A stretch of 64,000 nucleotides of DNA, taken from contig USGP01000003.1 of the NCBI GenBank assembly GCA_900554315.1, positions 9,208 to 73,207 on the forward strand. The letters run 5' to 3'. Positions 20,463 to 30,938 of this stretch are shown here, piece by piece; the stretch's first letter is position 1, and every line of letters starts with the position of its first letter. The position numbers and the translations under genes are program-made. Under the pieces are notes generated by a model. The model had not been told where the DNA came from. It ran no database searches and saw only the letters and a list, made by a program, of their open reading frames with translations. This stretch comes from an uncultured Mycoplasmatota bacterium (lineage in GTDB: Bacteria; Bacillota_I; Bacilli_A; RF39; UBA660).

Positions 20463-21539
20463 GTGATATATATGTTTTATAGATATGAAATTAAAAAAGA
20501 TAGAGACGAGAGTATTCTATATTTATATTTAACCATTAATTATGAGTTCTCAAAAGAATTTATGAGTCAGATGAATGATGATGATTTAAAGCGAAGAACT
20601 ACTAATTTTATTAAAAGTAATCATATTCCTTTTGATGGAAATAAAGTTTATTTAGTTATTGATGGAATTGTTGTAAAAGCTTTTTCTATTCCTAAAAAAG
20701 AGATTATTGAAGATAATGTAACAGTTGATAATTATGATGATTTATCTTATATGGTAACTTTAAGATTAGAGGATCAATCTGTTGTAGAAATATCTTTAAA
20801 AGAGTTTTTACTTGGTGCTTTAGCAACAAATATGGTTCCTAATTTACCTATAGAAGTATTGAAGGCAATGGCTATCTTATATCGTACTTATGCCTGGAAA
20901 CAGATGAAAGAATATAAATTGATTGAAGCTGTTAATGAGTTTTTTGTCTATAAGCCAATTGATTACTATAAAATTGCTTTTGCTCCTGACTATGATACTA
21001 TTGTTGCAACTCTGGAAGAAGCTATTCGACAAACAAAATATATGTTTTTAAGTTATGAAAATGATTATATTTTACCATTTTTACATATTTCTAATTTTGG
21101 AATGACTTTTGAAGATTCTAGATATCCTTATTTATCTTCTGTCTCTAGTTTATGGGATGCTTCTGCCCCCTTCTACGTGGATACTATTTCTTTTTCCTAT
21201 GACTTACTAAGTAAGATATTTCATTTTACTATTACCAAAGATAGTAGTTTTGAAATTACTGAAGTTTCTCCAAATGGTAAAGTATTAAAATTATCAATTG
21301 CAGGTCATGAAATTGATGGTAAAAACTTTGTAAAATTATTACATTTAAAATCCCAATTTTTATCTATTATATTAAATACTACAAACATTTCTATTATTAC
21401 AAAAGGTTGGGGAAATGCCTTAGGATTAAGTTTATGGGGTGCTTGTCAACTGGCTGCTAACGGATGTAGTTATGCTAATATATTAAATTATTATTTTCCT
21501 AAGGTTAAAATTTGTGAATATAAAAAAGAGCTTTCTTAG
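20463..21539 (+). CDS. SpoIID/LytB domain protein
   Basis: EFLLGALATNMVPNLPIEVLKAMAILYRTYAW and C-terminal GLSLWGACQLAANGCSYANILNYYFP resemble SpoIID/LytB conserved blocks. Confidence 0.6.
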   Translation: MIYMFYRYEIKKDRDESILYLYLTINYEFSKEFMSQMNDDDLKRRTTNFIKSNHIPFDGNKVYLVIDGIVVKAFSIPKKEIIEDNVTVDNYDDLSYMVTLRLEDQSVVEISLKEFLLGALATNMVPNLPIEVLKAMAILYRTYAWKQMKEYKLIEAVNEFFVYKPIDYYKIAFAPDYDTIVATLEEAIRQTKYMFLSYENDYILPFLHISNFGMTFEDSRYPYLSSVSSLWDASAPFYVDTISFSYDLLSKIFHFTITKDSSFEITEVSPNGKVLKLSIAGHEIDGKNFVKLLHLKSQFLSIILNTTNISIITKGWGNALGLSLWGACQLAANGCSYANILNYYFPKVKICEYKKELS

Positions 21540-21548
21540 TGAAAGCTC

Positions 21549-21764
21549 TTATTTCGTATTTTTTAATTCTTCTAAAGCTTGATCTGCATCTTTATTTAGA
21601 TCTACTGTCGTTTGCAAATATTTAGAATATCTTTCTACTGTTGATAGAAAATCTTCTAGTTCTTCTATATTTAAGTCTTTGATAATGGATTTTATAGTAG
21701 TAGTAGCATTTTCTAAATCTTTAGCAATGTTTTCTACTTGTTCATATGTTAATGTTCCTATCAT
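21549..21764 (-). CDS. small helical T7SS-associated protein (no WxG motif)
   Basis: 71 aa, acidic and helical. Last gene of the essC-esaB transcript. Confidence 0.45.
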   Translation of the reverse strand: MIGTLTYEQVENIAKDLENATTTIKSIIKDLNIEELEDFLSTVERYSKYLQTTVDLNKDADQALEELKNTK

Positions 21765-21958
21765 TCACCTAATTCCTCCATTTTTGGTTTTTTACTTAAC
21801 TCTTCTTGTACTACTTTAGATTTTTCTATTACTCTTTCACGATACTCTTCAATTTGCTCTATGTTTCCGATGTTGGTTGGATTAGGCCATTGCTCTTTCA
21901 TTATATTAATGCATTCAAATATTTTATTTACTGCATTGGCATAACTATTATAGTCCAT
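21761..21958 (-). CDS. small helical T7SS-associated protein (no WxG motif)
   Basis: 65 aa, coupled to both neighbours. Confidence 0.45.
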   Translation of the reverse strand: MDYNSYANAVNKIFECINIMKEQWPNPTNIGNIEQIEEYRERVIEKSKVVQEELSKKPKMEELGE

Positions 21959-21968
21959 ATTATCCCTC

Positions 21969-22226
21969 CTATATTAAGATAATTCTTGATCCATTTTTTA
22001 AATCTGTATCTCGAACTGTCTTATTTACATCGTAAACTTCTCCAGTCTCCATACTATAAAAATTACTATTTTCTTTTATAACATAATCATTGTCAGTTAA
22101 TTCTAAAAGACCCTCTTCAATCAATTTTTTAACAGTGCCTACTTTTTTATTAATAGGAATATATAAATCATAATTTTTCTCTATTAGCGGAATAGATAAT
22201 TCTATTAAAATTTTATTATTATTCAT
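21969..22226 (-). CDS. esaB: EsaB/YukD-like ubiquitin-fold T7SSb protein
   Basis: 85 aa. Pattern KKVGTVKKLIEEGL...LKNGSRIILI is typical of YukD. Sits immediately downstream of essC. Confidence 0.75.
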   Translation of the reverse strand: MNNNKILIELSIPLIEKNYDLYIPINKKVGTVKKLIEEGLLELTDNDYVIKENSNFYSMETGEVYDVNKTVRDTDLKNGSRIILI

Positions 22227-22239
22227 ATGTTAGGCCTCC

Positions 22240-25200
22240 TTAATCTTCTGTTACCCATTTTGTTAGAGCTGTCTTTCCTTTCTTAATTACATATCCAAAG
22301 TTTGGTTCTAGTTCTACTCTAAGTACTCTACTGTTTGTTGTTACTTTTAATGTAAATTGATTAGAAATGCCATTTCCTAACCAGATTCCTTCAGATAGAT
22401 TTGTATTTCCTTTGAACCAAGCTTCATAATTTAATGATTTAATGTTATCAATTGTATCAACTAAAATAAATTTAACATTTGATACTGATTTTACTTTATC
22501 TAGCAATTGCGTTACTACAGCTTTGTCTGCAGGTAATGTTTTATTTAATATGCTGGTAATTCCTGTAATCATACAAATATTAGTTCCTTCTGTTGTATAT
22601 GCGTTATTAAGAGCAGTTGCAATATTTTCCCCTGTTTCGTATGTAACGTCTGCAATTTCACTCTTATTAATTAAGCTATTACCATCTACTACTGAAACAT
22701 TTATGCCTTCTTTTTTATTCATCATTCTTAACCATGTTTGTAAGAAATTGGCATTAGAAGAAACATCTTCTCCTGTTGTAATATAGATACCACTTTCTTC
22801 TAAGTTTACTGTACTTATTTCTAGAGTTTCTTTATTAATTCCTACTGGAATATTTCTAATACTTGTAAAGTTACTTTCTAATTGGGTTGCAGTAACTGTC
22901 TCTGGAAGTGTTGGAACTGGTTTTGCTTTGTATTCACAGATAGATTGTAATTTATCACATATTACTTTTACATACTCTGTTAACTTTTCTTCCTTATATG
23001 CATAAGCAGTTTGGAATTCAAAAATACCATCTCTACTAATTAAACCACGACCATAGGCTTTAGAAGGTTCTTTCTTTCTAACTCCAGGAATTACAGTTCC
23101 ATAATCTGATGGATCATTAAATTGTAATACGACTGACTGTTTGAAATTTTGTTTCAAACGGTAACGTACGGTATTTGGTCCACTAGTACTTAAAATAAAT
23201 ACAACACCATATTTTAAACAGTCCCTAGTAATTTGTCCCATGACTTCTTCATAATCATTGTAAGTATCAATAAATCCTTCTACGTTGTTTATCATAACTA
23301 CAATCATTGGTATTTGTTTTCCACCGTGCTTGATATAGAAATCATAAGATCCATTGTAGTCAACAAACACTTTTTTTCTATCATCGATTGTCTTTAATAA
23401 CATTTTAAATAAGTTGTCAATTTTTTCTTTTTCAGTAGAAAGAATTACATCTCCTACATGAGGAGCATTTCTAAACATGGTTAATGTTTCTGCTCCAAAG
23501 TCTAAAATGTAAAAATTTACTTCTTTTGAATCATGAGAGATTATAGACGAATAGACAATACTTGATAGCATTAGTTCTTTACCACTACCAGCACTACCAA
23601 ATACAATAGTATTTCCTTCTTTTGATATTGGTAGTGTTAATACATTTTGTTTTTGATTATCTGGATCATCATACTCTCCGATAATTGGATTAATATCATT
23701 CTTTTCAGCATGAACTTGATATTTTTTTCTTAAATCTTCAATATAGATTGTATTTGGAATTCTTGGTAACCATAATTGTGGAATACTTATGTTTTCTTCT
23801 GTTGCTGTTTGAACAATATAATTAACAATATTGGTAATTTCTTCTCCTTGTGACTCTACGGTTACTTCATTCTGTTTGGTATCAAATGTCTTAATATAAT
23901 TACCTACATTATCTAAAAAGTTTACAGATTGATCTACTTTTTTCTTTCTTTTTTCTGTTGGGTAATACTGAGCTCCTGCCCAAGCTGCTTGTCCTAATGC
24001 AAATAATTCATTATAACCTACTTGTAAATAGAATCTACCAGGATTCTTTAATGATGCGGCATCTGGACATTTTATCATATCCATACTGTCTGATTTATCT
24101 TGTACTTTTAAACATACTCTAAATTTTGAGTTTGACCAGATTTGGTCATTAACTACTCCAGCAGGTTTCTGTGTTGCTAGAATAAGATGGACTCCTAATG
24201 AACGTCCAATACGTGCTGTAGATATTAATTGATCCATAAATTCAGGACGTTGGTCTTTTAATTCAGCAAACTCATCACTGATAATAAATAGATGAGATAC
24301 TGGTTGTTTTACCAATCCTTTTCGATATAAAGATTGATATTTATAAATATCTATTGTACTTTCATTTAAATTATCTCTTGCTGCATTAAAAATACGTTGT
24401 CGTTTTCTTAATTCACTTTGAATAGAAGCAAGAGAACGATTCATTTCAATCGTGTCCAAGTTTGTTATGGTACCGGCAAGGTGTGGTAATTTTATTCCTG
24501 TTTCTTTATTTTCAAAAGCTCCTGTTAGTCCTCCACCTTTATAGTCGATTAATACGAATGATACTTCATATGGGTGGTAATTTAATGCCATCGACAAAAT
24601 ATAAGTAATAATAAACTCAGACTTACCAGAACCAGTCATTCCGGCAATTAATCCGTGTGGTCCATAGAATTTTTCATGTAAATCTAGTTTAAATAATTCT
24701 TGATGCTTGTCAACACCAACTGGTGCTGCTAAAGATTTGGTTGGATCATTTGATTTCCAACGGTTTAGAATATTTAATTGTTCAATCATACCAACATTAT
24801 ACATTTCTAGGAAACTTAAGCTTGCTGGTAAGCTTTGATTTTCTTTGGAAATATCAATTGGTATATTAGCCAAAATCTTGCAACATTCATATATATTTAA
24901 TGTTTGATCAAAATCAGCAACAAATTCTTTTTGTTTATTAGAAACCAATTCGTTTTGGAACACTCCTGATTTCTTATCTCCAATACTAATGAATGTTTTA
25001 CATTCATTTGGTAAGTTTACTAGTCTAGGACTGATAACAATTAAACTAAAACCAATATTAATTTCTAATTCACATACGTCTTTTACTAATTCAATATCAC
25101 GAACCATTTTATAGTCATCAGTTATAATCATATAATATGGTTGATATTTTGTATAATCGACATTATTTAATTCTCTTTTACCATTATTGTCTTTATATTT

Positions 25201-26793
25201 TCTTGCTTGAATTTCTTGTTCTAAAACTAATGATATTTCCTTTGCTTCATCAATATTTGTAGCAAAATAACGTACTGATTTGTCATTACTCCAGCAATGA
25301 GGTAATACTTTTAGATAGTCCCAGGTGGACTCATTTTTTTCATTGGTTAATAATACAATTTTTAAATCTTCATAACTATGATAAGCCATCATTTGAAGAA
25401 TTAGGCCTTCAATAAATTGTTGTTTCATAGATGCCATACCTATGATTGCTGTTATCCTATTAGCAATAAATGATAAAGAAATTGGTACATTTTCTAGAGT
25501 ATGTGATTCTGCTCCTAGCTTATATACTTCTTTTAAAAGATTATCATCTTCAAGAGAAAAATGTTCTTCTGGGAAACTTACATTTCCTCTTAATTCTGTA
25601 TTACCCATTCCTAACCGCAAATCTAAGAAATCTGCTTGTTCAATTTCTCTTTCCCATAAATTTCTTTTTTTACTATATATAATATCTTTTGTTACAGATA
25701 ATGGTACATAGTTATCAATTAAAATTTGTCGTTGTACTTTCATCTCTGTATCAATTAATTTTCTTTTTTCTTGAATATATTGGGTATATTTTTCTTGTCT
25801 TAATTTTTCTTTTTTCTTACGTTGTTTCTTTTGATATCTTTTTTGTAATATTGGCCATAATAACATAGTCATTAACATTGCAAAAGACATCAATAATGTA
25901 GGTAAAGCACTAGATAAGTCTCTACTACCATCCAATACTCCCATTAAAGATGAATATCCCATAGCAACAGACATCATTGCCATAGTCATCATTGGTCCTA
26001 CTGTATAAATTAAAGGAGTTTTATCTTCTTCTGCTTTTCCTGGAGGAGGATCAATTTTTATATTAACCGGTTCAATCATAGTTTTAAATCTAGGTGCTCT
26101 AAAGAAATAATCATCTTCTTTATAAAATTCTATTCCCTCTTCATCTGGATTATCCATCTCCGTTTGATGTTGCACGATTGGATATTGAATATCAAAGGTA
26201 TTCATATCAAATTTTAGATAATCACCTATATTATTTACTAAAATAGAATCTTTCATGACAATTATTTTTAATCCCATAATAAAAATAATGTCTCCATATT
26301 GTAATGGTTTTGTTCCGATTGCTATATTGTTTGCATAAGTACCATATTTACTATTTAAATCCTGTATTACCCATTTTCCTTGTGAATAAATTAATCTTGC
26401 ATGTTGTTTAGAAACTAATGGAAAATTATAATTGATATGAGCTTTAGGATCATTTCCTATAATTAATTCTCCTTCTCTCTTTAAATGAAGCCACTTTATC
26501 GTAGGATCCATGGTAGGAGAACAATATAATATTACATATTCGTTATCTGTATTAATTTTTAAGAAGAATAGACTATAATCTTTTAAAATTGCAGATTCAA
26601 TTTCTTGGTCTCCAGACATAATCTTTGTCTCAAAGTCACTCTTTATTTTCCATTGTCCATTATATTCTTCAACATTAATTAAGTTTCTTACGTTTCCAAG
26701 ATAATCGTTGTCAGTAATCCAATAATTACCTGAGATTTTTGTTGGCAAAGTAAAATTATAGATTTTTGTTTTCTTAATTAATCTAACTATCAC
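22240..26793 (-). CDS. essC: T7SSb EssC/YukB FtsK-SpoIIIE-family ATPase (1517 aa)
   Basis: Two N-terminal FHA-like domains, a TM region (MTMAMMSVAMGY...LLWPIL), then three P-loop domains: GMTGSGKSEF, a degenerate GSAGSGKE, and a third degenerate domain. Confidence 0.9.
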   Translation of the reverse strand: MIVRLIKKTKIYNFTLPTKISGNYWITDNDYLGNVRNLINVEEYNGQWKIKSDFETKIMSGDQEIESAILKDYSLFFLKINTDNEYVILYCSPTMDPTIKWLHLKREGELIIGNDPKAHINYNFPLVSKQHARLIYSQGKWVIQDLNSKYGTYANNIAIGTKPLQYGDIIFIMGLKIIVMKDSILVNNIGDYLKFDMNTFDIQYPIVQHQTEMDNPDEEGIEFYKEDDYFFRAPRFKTMIEPVNIKIDPPPGKAEEDKTPLIYTVGPMMTMAMMSVAMGYSSLMGVLDGSRDLSSALPTLLMSFAMLMTMLLWPILQKRYQKKQRKKKEKLRQEKYTQYIQEKRKLIDTEMKVQRQILIDNYVPLSVTKDIIYSKKRNLWEREIEQADFLDLRLGMGNTELRGNVSFPEEHFSLEDDNLLKEVYKLGAESHTLENVPISLSFIANRITAIIGMASMKQQFIEGLILQMMAYHSYEDLKIVLLTNEKNESTWDYLKVLPHCWSNDKSVRYFATNIDEAKEISLVLEQEIQARKYKDNNGKRELNNVDYTKYQPYYMIITDDYKMVRDIELVKDVCELEINIGFSLIVISPRLVNLPNECKTFISIGDKKSGVFQNELVSNKQKEFVADFDQTLNIYECCKILANIPIDISKENQSLPASLSFLEMYNVGMIEQLNILNRWKSNDPTKSLAAPVGVDKHQELFKLDLHEKFYGPHGLIAGMTGSGKSEFIITYILSMALNYHPYEVSFVLIDYKGGGLTGAFENKETGIKLPHLAGTITNLDTIEMNRSLASIQSELRKRQRIFNAARDNLNESTIDIYKYQSLYRKGLVKQPVSHLFIISDEFAELKDQRPEFMDQLISTARIGRSLGVHLILATQKPAGVVNDQIWSNSKFRVCLKVQDKSDSMDMIKCPDAASLKNPGRFYLQVGYNELFALGQAAWAGAQYYPTEKRKKKVDQSVNFLDNVGNYIKTFDTKQNEVTVESQGEEITNIVNYIVQTATEENISIPQLWLPRIPNTIYIEDLRKKYQVHAEKNDINPIIGEYDDPDNQKQNVLTLPISKEGNTIVFGSAGSGKELMLSSIVYSSIISHDSKEVNFYILDFGAETLTMFRNAPHVGDVILSTEKEKIDNLFKMLLKTIDDRKKVFVDYNGSYDFYIKHGGKQIPMIVVMINNVEGFIDTYNDYEEVMGQITRDCLKYGVVFILSTSGPNTVRYRLKQNFKQSVVLQFNDPSDYGTVIPGVRKKEPSKAYGRGLISRDGIFEFQTAYAYKEEKLTEYVKVICDKLQSICEYKAKPVPTLPETVTATQLESNFTSIRNIPVGINKETLEISTVNLEESGIYITTGEDVSSNANFLQTWLRMMNKKEGINVSVVDGNSLINKSEIADVTYETGENIATALNNAYTTEGTNICMITGITSILNKTLPADKAVVTQLLDKVKSVSNVKFILVDTIDNIKSLNYEAWFKGNTNLSEGIWLGNGISNQFTLKVTTNSRVLRVELEPNFGYVIKKGKTALTKWVTED

Positions 26794-26872
26794 TTTATCA
26801 CCAACCTATCTTTTACTCTAGGTTAATTATATCTTTTTTTTGAGCTTTTTACAACTATTTTGTGCATAATAA

Positions 26873-26900
26873 AAAATTGCTTTAAAGCAATTTTATTTTT
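26873..26900. terminator. bidirectional hairpin terminator / operon boundary upstream of essC
   Basis: Perfect palindrome aattgctttaaagcaatt with T-runs on both sides. Confidence 0.55.
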
Positions 26901-27774
26901 TTATTAAACTTTTACAATTATTTGTCCAAGATACTATTTGTTTTTCTATCTCTACTGGAAAATTTGGAATTGATAATGAATTATGTTTTGGGTGTGTTTT
27001 TCCATGATAATCGCTTCCTATGGACATCAATAATTGATGCTCTAGAGCATATTGGTATAGATATCTAGTTTGTTCTTCGGTTTCTGGATTATTCCAAATT
27101 TCTATTCCATCTATATATGGAGTACAACTATCTAAAATTTCAGTCACATTCTCTTTTCCATAACGATATGGGTGTGCTAAAAAAAGTTTTCCACCGTTTC
27201 TGTGGATTATTTCTCTTACTTCTGTAATATCTGGCCAAACAACATGCATATCTACATATAGTGGAAAATGTTGATCCATCGTTCCTGATCTATATAAATC
27301 TCCAACACTTTCTATTTTGTATTCTTGTAAAAAGTCTTGGCCTACTTTTGTTTCCTGTAATAATCTATATATACCAGCATGAGCAAATTCTTTACTTGCA
27401 TCATAACTGTCTATATTGGGTAGTGGTAAATTTAGTTTTTCACATTCTATCTTTAATTGATTAAATATCTTTTGTTGACGAAATGCTAATGTTCCATATT
27501 GTTTTTCTGCCCAAGATGAAACTTCTGGCAAATCAAATCCATAACATAAAATATCATACGTTTTGACTCCTATCATGGCATCTGCTTCTATTCCACTTAT
27601 TAGTTTACCTGTATAACTATTTTCTTCTAATTCTTGATATGCTTGACACGTATCATGATCTGTAATCGATGCTATTGAAATATTAGCTTGTTCACATTCA
27701 TTTAATATTGAATTAATTGTTTCGCTTCCATCCAATGAATCGTTGGAATGCATATGTAAATTTATTCTTCCCAT
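26893..27774 (-). CDS. PHP-domain phosphoesterase
   Basis: N-terminal INLHMHSNDSLDG...SITDHD PHP metal-binding motifs. Confidence 0.6.
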   Translation of the reverse strand: MGRINLHMHSNDSLDGSETINSILNECEQANISIASITDHDTCQAYQELEENSYTGKLISGIEADAMIGVKTYDILCYGFDLPEVSSWAEKQYGTLAFRQQKIFNQLKIECEKLNLPLPNIDSYDASKEFAHAGIYRLLQETKVGQDFLQEYKIESVGDLYRSGTMDQHFPLYVDMHVVWPDITEVREIIHRNGGKLFLAHPYRYGKENVTEILDSCTPYIDGIEIWNNPETEEQTRYLYQYALEHQLLMSIGSDYHGKTHPKHNSLSIPNFPVEIEKQIVSWTNNCKSLIKK

Positions 27775-27795
27775 TTCTTCTCTCCTTGCTTGCTA

Positions 27796-28473
27796 TTATA
27801 TCACATATTGAACTTTTTTACTCTTTTTCATATACTTAATGACGCCTTTGGTAATTGCTTGGCTTATTTTTTGTTGATACTCTTTACTTTGTAGATTATT
27901 TCTTTCTGTTGGATTTGATAAATATCCACACTCTATTAATACTCCAGGAATTGTAATGTTTCGATACATATATAAATCTGTCTGCTTTATATTTCTATTA
28001 CTATATAACGACGTCTTAAATTCCTTCATGATTGCGGTTGCTAATTGTTCGTTTTCCTTATTAATGGGATTATATAGTATTTCTCCACCCTTTAGTGTCG
28101 GATTATCATACCAATTAATATGGATTGATAAATACAAATCACTTTTATTTTCTTTTATTAGTAAAAGGCGCCGATATAAGTCTCCTCTTTTTTTAGCTGA
28201 ATCATAGATTGATGATAAGTCAATATCTCTTTTTCTGGTTAAATAGACAATTGCACCTTGCTTTCCTAATTCTTGTTCTAACTGTTTAGATATTTCTAGG
28301 TTGATATCTTTTTCCAATATATCTCCATAATAGGTCCCACTATCTCTTCCTCCGTGACCTGGATCAATTGTAATGATTTTTCCTTGCAATGGTAATGTTT
28401 CCGCAGAAATTGTCTGGATAGAGAACAGTAGTAAACAAAAAATAATAAATAAAGCTGTCTTTACTTTTATCAT
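27796..28473 (-). CDS. cwlD: germination-specific N-acetylmuramoyl-L-alanine amidase CwlD-like
   Basis: Signal peptide, GKIITIDPGHGGRDSGT, LYLSIHINW and ECGYLSNPTE blocks align to B. subtilis CwlD. Lies downstream of rpsI as in Bacillus. Confidence 0.7.
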   Translation of the reverse strand: MIKVKTALFIIFCLLLFSIQTISAETLPLQGKIITIDPGHGGRDSGTYYGDILEKDINLEISKQLEQELGKQGAIVYLTRKRDIDLSSIYDSAKKRGDLYRRLLLIKENKSDLYLSIHINWYDNPTLKGGEILYNPINKENEQLATAIMKEFKTSLYSNRNIKQTDLYMYRNITIPGVLIECGYLSNPTERNNLQSKEYQQKISQAITKGVIKYMKKSKKVQYVI

Positions 28474-28566
28474 AAACTCACCTATTAATTATATGCTAAC
28501 AATTTTAGTAATTTTCTTACTATAATTGCTTTTATTAATTGGGCATATTACCTATACCGTAATTTT

Positions 28567-29406
28567 TTGAAAGAATATATTATATTGGTGTTGATTATGT
28601 TTCAATCTTTATTAAATATTTCTCCAATCTTATTAGCGTTGTTGGCTACGTTTTTTACTTGGTTTGTTACTATGCTTGGTGCATCGATTGTCTTTTTCTT
28701 TAAAAAGGTGAATAAAAGTATTATGGATGCATTGCTAGGATTTTCTGCCGGAGTTATGATTGCTGCATCTTTTTGGTCTTTACTTAGTCCAGCTATTGAG
28801 ATTGCTGATAGTATGCAGATGATTACTTGGCTTATGGTTTCTTTAGGTTTTATTAGTGGTGGATTGCTATTATTTTTTGGGGATAAAATATTTGATAAAT
28901 TACAAGAAAAGAATACTAAGTGCAATGTTAGAGATTCACATAAACTAAAACGATGCTTTTTATTAATCTTTTCTATTACACTACATAATATTCCGGAAGG
29001 ATTAGTGGTTGGAGTTGCATTTGGATCTTTGTCTTATGGACTTGAAAGTACTTCTCTAGCTTCTGCTCTTACACTTGCATTAGGTATCGGCTTACAAAAT
29101 TTTCCAGAGGGTAGTTCTGTTAGTCTACCACTTAGAAGAGAGGGATTTTCTAGAAAAAAAGCATTCTTCTTCGGACAGTTAAGTGGAATAGTAGAACCTA
29201 TTGCTGCTGTTGTTGGAGCTATTTTGGTTTTAAAAATACAGGTTTTATTACCTTTTCTCTTGGCTTTTGCGGCAGGTGCTATGATTTATGTTGTTGTTGA
29301 GGAATTAATACCAGAAAGTCAAACTAATCAAAAAAAGGATCTAATGGCTCTTTTCACTTTAATTGGATTCTCTGTAATGATGATTCTAGATGTTGCCTTG
29401 GGGTAA
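28567..29406 (+). CDS. ZIP family metal transporter (ZupT-like)
   Basis: HNIPEGLVVGVAFG ZIP signature, multi-TM. Confidence 0.75.
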   Translation: MKEYIILVLIMFQSLLNISPILLALLATFFTWFVTMLGASIVFFFKKVNKSIMDALLGFSAGVMIAASFWSLLSPAIEIADSMQMITWLMVSLGFISGGLLLFFGDKIFDKLQEKNTKCNVRDSHKLKRCFLLIFSITLHNIPEGLVVGVAFGSLSYGLESTSLASALTLALGIGLQNFPEGSSVSLPLRREGFSRKKAFFFGQLSGIVEPIAAVVGAILVLKIQVLLPFLLAFAAGAMIYVVVEELIPESQTNQKKDLMALFTLIGFSVMMILDVALG

Positions 29407-29436
29407 AATAAAAAAGCATCTTTCGATGCTTTTTGA
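29407..29436. terminator. bidirectional terminator between the ZIP gene and rpsI
   Basis: Hairpin aaagcatc-tttc-gatgcttt flanked by A- and T-runs. Confidence 0.6.
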
Positions 29437-29447
29437 AACAGTGTAAA

Positions 29448-29873
29448 TTAACGTTTTGAGAATTGTGGAGCACGACGTGCTTTTTTCAATCCTGGCTTCT
29501 TACGTTCTTTCTTACGTGGATCTCTAGTAATAAATCCAGCAGCTTTTAAGATTTTTCTGAAACTATTTTCAGAATCAGCTGGAGTTGTTGAATCATATTC
29601 TAATAATGCTTTTGTAATTCCGTGACGAATAGCTCCTGTTTGACCAGTGTATCCTCCACCTTTTACTTTAGCATCTACATCAAACATTTCTCTAGTATTA
29701 GTCATTTCTAATGGTTGACATAAATCCATAACGCATAATTTTGATGGAAAATATTCATTTACATCTCTTCCATTAACAGTAATTTTTCCAGTTCCTGGAG
29801 TTAAAGTAACTTTAGCAACACTAGTCTTTCTGTGACCAGTTCCATAATATTTATTTGTCTTTTCTTTTGCCAT
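29448..29873 (-). CDS. rpsI: 30S ribosomal protein S9
   Basis: [19 protein letters not shown] and a C-terminal basic tail ...RRAPQFSKR. Confidence 0.9.
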   Translation of the reverse strand: MAKEKTNKYYGTGHRKTSVAKVTLTPGTGKITVNGRDVNEYFPSKLCVMDLCQPLEMTNTREMFDVDAKVKGGGYTGQTGAIRHGITKALLEYDSTTPADSENSFRKILKAAGFITRDPRKKERKKPGLKKARRAPQFSKR

Positions 29874-29886
29874 AACTTAAACCCTC

Positions 29887-30318
29887 CTATTTCATTTCAA
29901 GCACTTCAGGCTTTTGTGCCTCGTGTTTGTGCTCGCTTCCTGCATATACAAATAGTTTCTTATACATTTGTCTACCTAATCTGTTATGAGGTAGCATACC
30001 TTTAACGGCTCTTTCTACCATTTCAACTGGATATTTTTCAATCATTTCTTTAGCTGTTCTCTCTCTTAATCCACCTTGATATTGTGAATGGTTGTAATAC
30101 ATTTTGTCATTTAATTTATTTCCTGTTAATAGAACTTTTTCAGCGTTAACAATGATGATGTTATCTCCGCAATCAATATGTGGAGTATAAGTTGGTTTGT
30201 GTTTTCCACGTAGATAAGTTGCTGCAAGTGATGCAACACGACCTAAAGGTTTTCCTTCAGCGTCGATAACGTACCATTTACGTTCAACTGTTTCTTTCTT
30301 TTGCATATAGCTTTTCAT
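29887..30318 (-). CDS. rplM: 50S ribosomal protein L13
   Basis: [17 protein letters not shown]...[10 protein letters not shown], typical L13. Confidence 0.9.
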   Translation of the reverse strand: MKSYMQKKETVERKWYVIDAEGKPLGRVASLAATYLRGKHKPTYTPHIDCGDNIIIVNAEKVLLTGNKLNDKMYYNHSQYQGGLRERTAKEMIEKYPVEMVERAVKGMLPHNRLGRQMYKKLFVYAGSEHKHEAQKPEVLEMK

Positions 30319-30400
30319 AATTTACTCTCCTTTACCTTCAATTAGGTTTTCCCAGGACCTAATCAATGTGGGGATATCGAATGTACCAGTTATAATTATA
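30319..30400 (-). promoter_or_regulatory. rplM-rpsI 5' leader (candidate L13 autoregulatory leader structure)
   Basis: 82-nt untranslated leader with the stem attaggt-tttcccagg-acctaat. By analogy to the L13 leader RNA of Firmicutes. Confidence 0.3.
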
Positions 30401-30436
30401 CTAAAAAAAGTATTGAAAATCAATACTTTTTTTCAT
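30400..30436 (-). terminator. Rho-independent terminator
   Basis: Hairpin aaagtattga-aaa-tcaatacttt followed by a T-run (minus strand), downstream of ORF 30440..30937. Confidence 0.55.
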
Positions 30437-30439
30437 TAA

Positions 30440-30937
30440 TTATCGATGTAATACAGCTGGTTTTTCAACAGATTGTTCTTCAATTGCTTCATTAGTCATC
30501 GCAAGAAGCTGTTCTTGTTGTTCATCGCTTAATGATGCTAGATATTCATCTAAATCTCTAACTTCATTTGCATCTGCTTGTTGCTCTATTGTTATTTGAG
30601 CAGCTTGATGTTGTGCAGTGTATTCATCACCTAATAAGCCCCCCTGTACTGAAGATGGAGAAAGCGTTGCAGCTCCTACAGTAGATGCTCCTAACGATAC
30701 TGTTGCTGCTGTCCTTTCTGGTGCAAAACGTTTTATTTCCTTTGTTACTTTTTTTGTTGTTCCATCATCCTGCTTTTCTTCCACTTCTATCTCTTCTCTT
30801 TTTTGTGTACCAAACCATAATGATGCTCCTACTAATCCTAGTGATGTCGTTGCTGCAGTATTAGAGTCTGGTGTAAATAATGACATTGTTGAACCTGCAT
30901 TTGTAAAAAATAAAGTTGATTGATCTATACTACCCAT
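30440..30937 (-). CDS. low-complexity T/S/A- and Q/E-rich hypothetical protein
   Basis: 165 aa with the internal repeat TAAT(T/V)SLG. Locally higher GC than the surroundings. Coupled to the upstream ORF with a 1-nt gap. Confidence 0.4.
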   Translation of the reverse strand: MGSIDQSTLFFTNAGSTMSLFTPDSNTAATTSLGLVGASLWFGTQKREEIEVEEKQDDGTTKKVTKEIKRFAPERTAATVSLGASTVGAATLSPSSVQGGLLGDEYTAQHQAAQITIEQQADANEVRDLDEYLASLSDEQQEQLLAMTNEAIEEQSVEKPAVLHR

Positions 30938-30938
30938 A

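Noticed and set aside
21549-21958. Calling the two small proteins after the first EsaB as WXG100/EsxA
   Set aside because: Neither contains a central W-x-G motif. They were kept as generic small helical T7SS-associated proteins.
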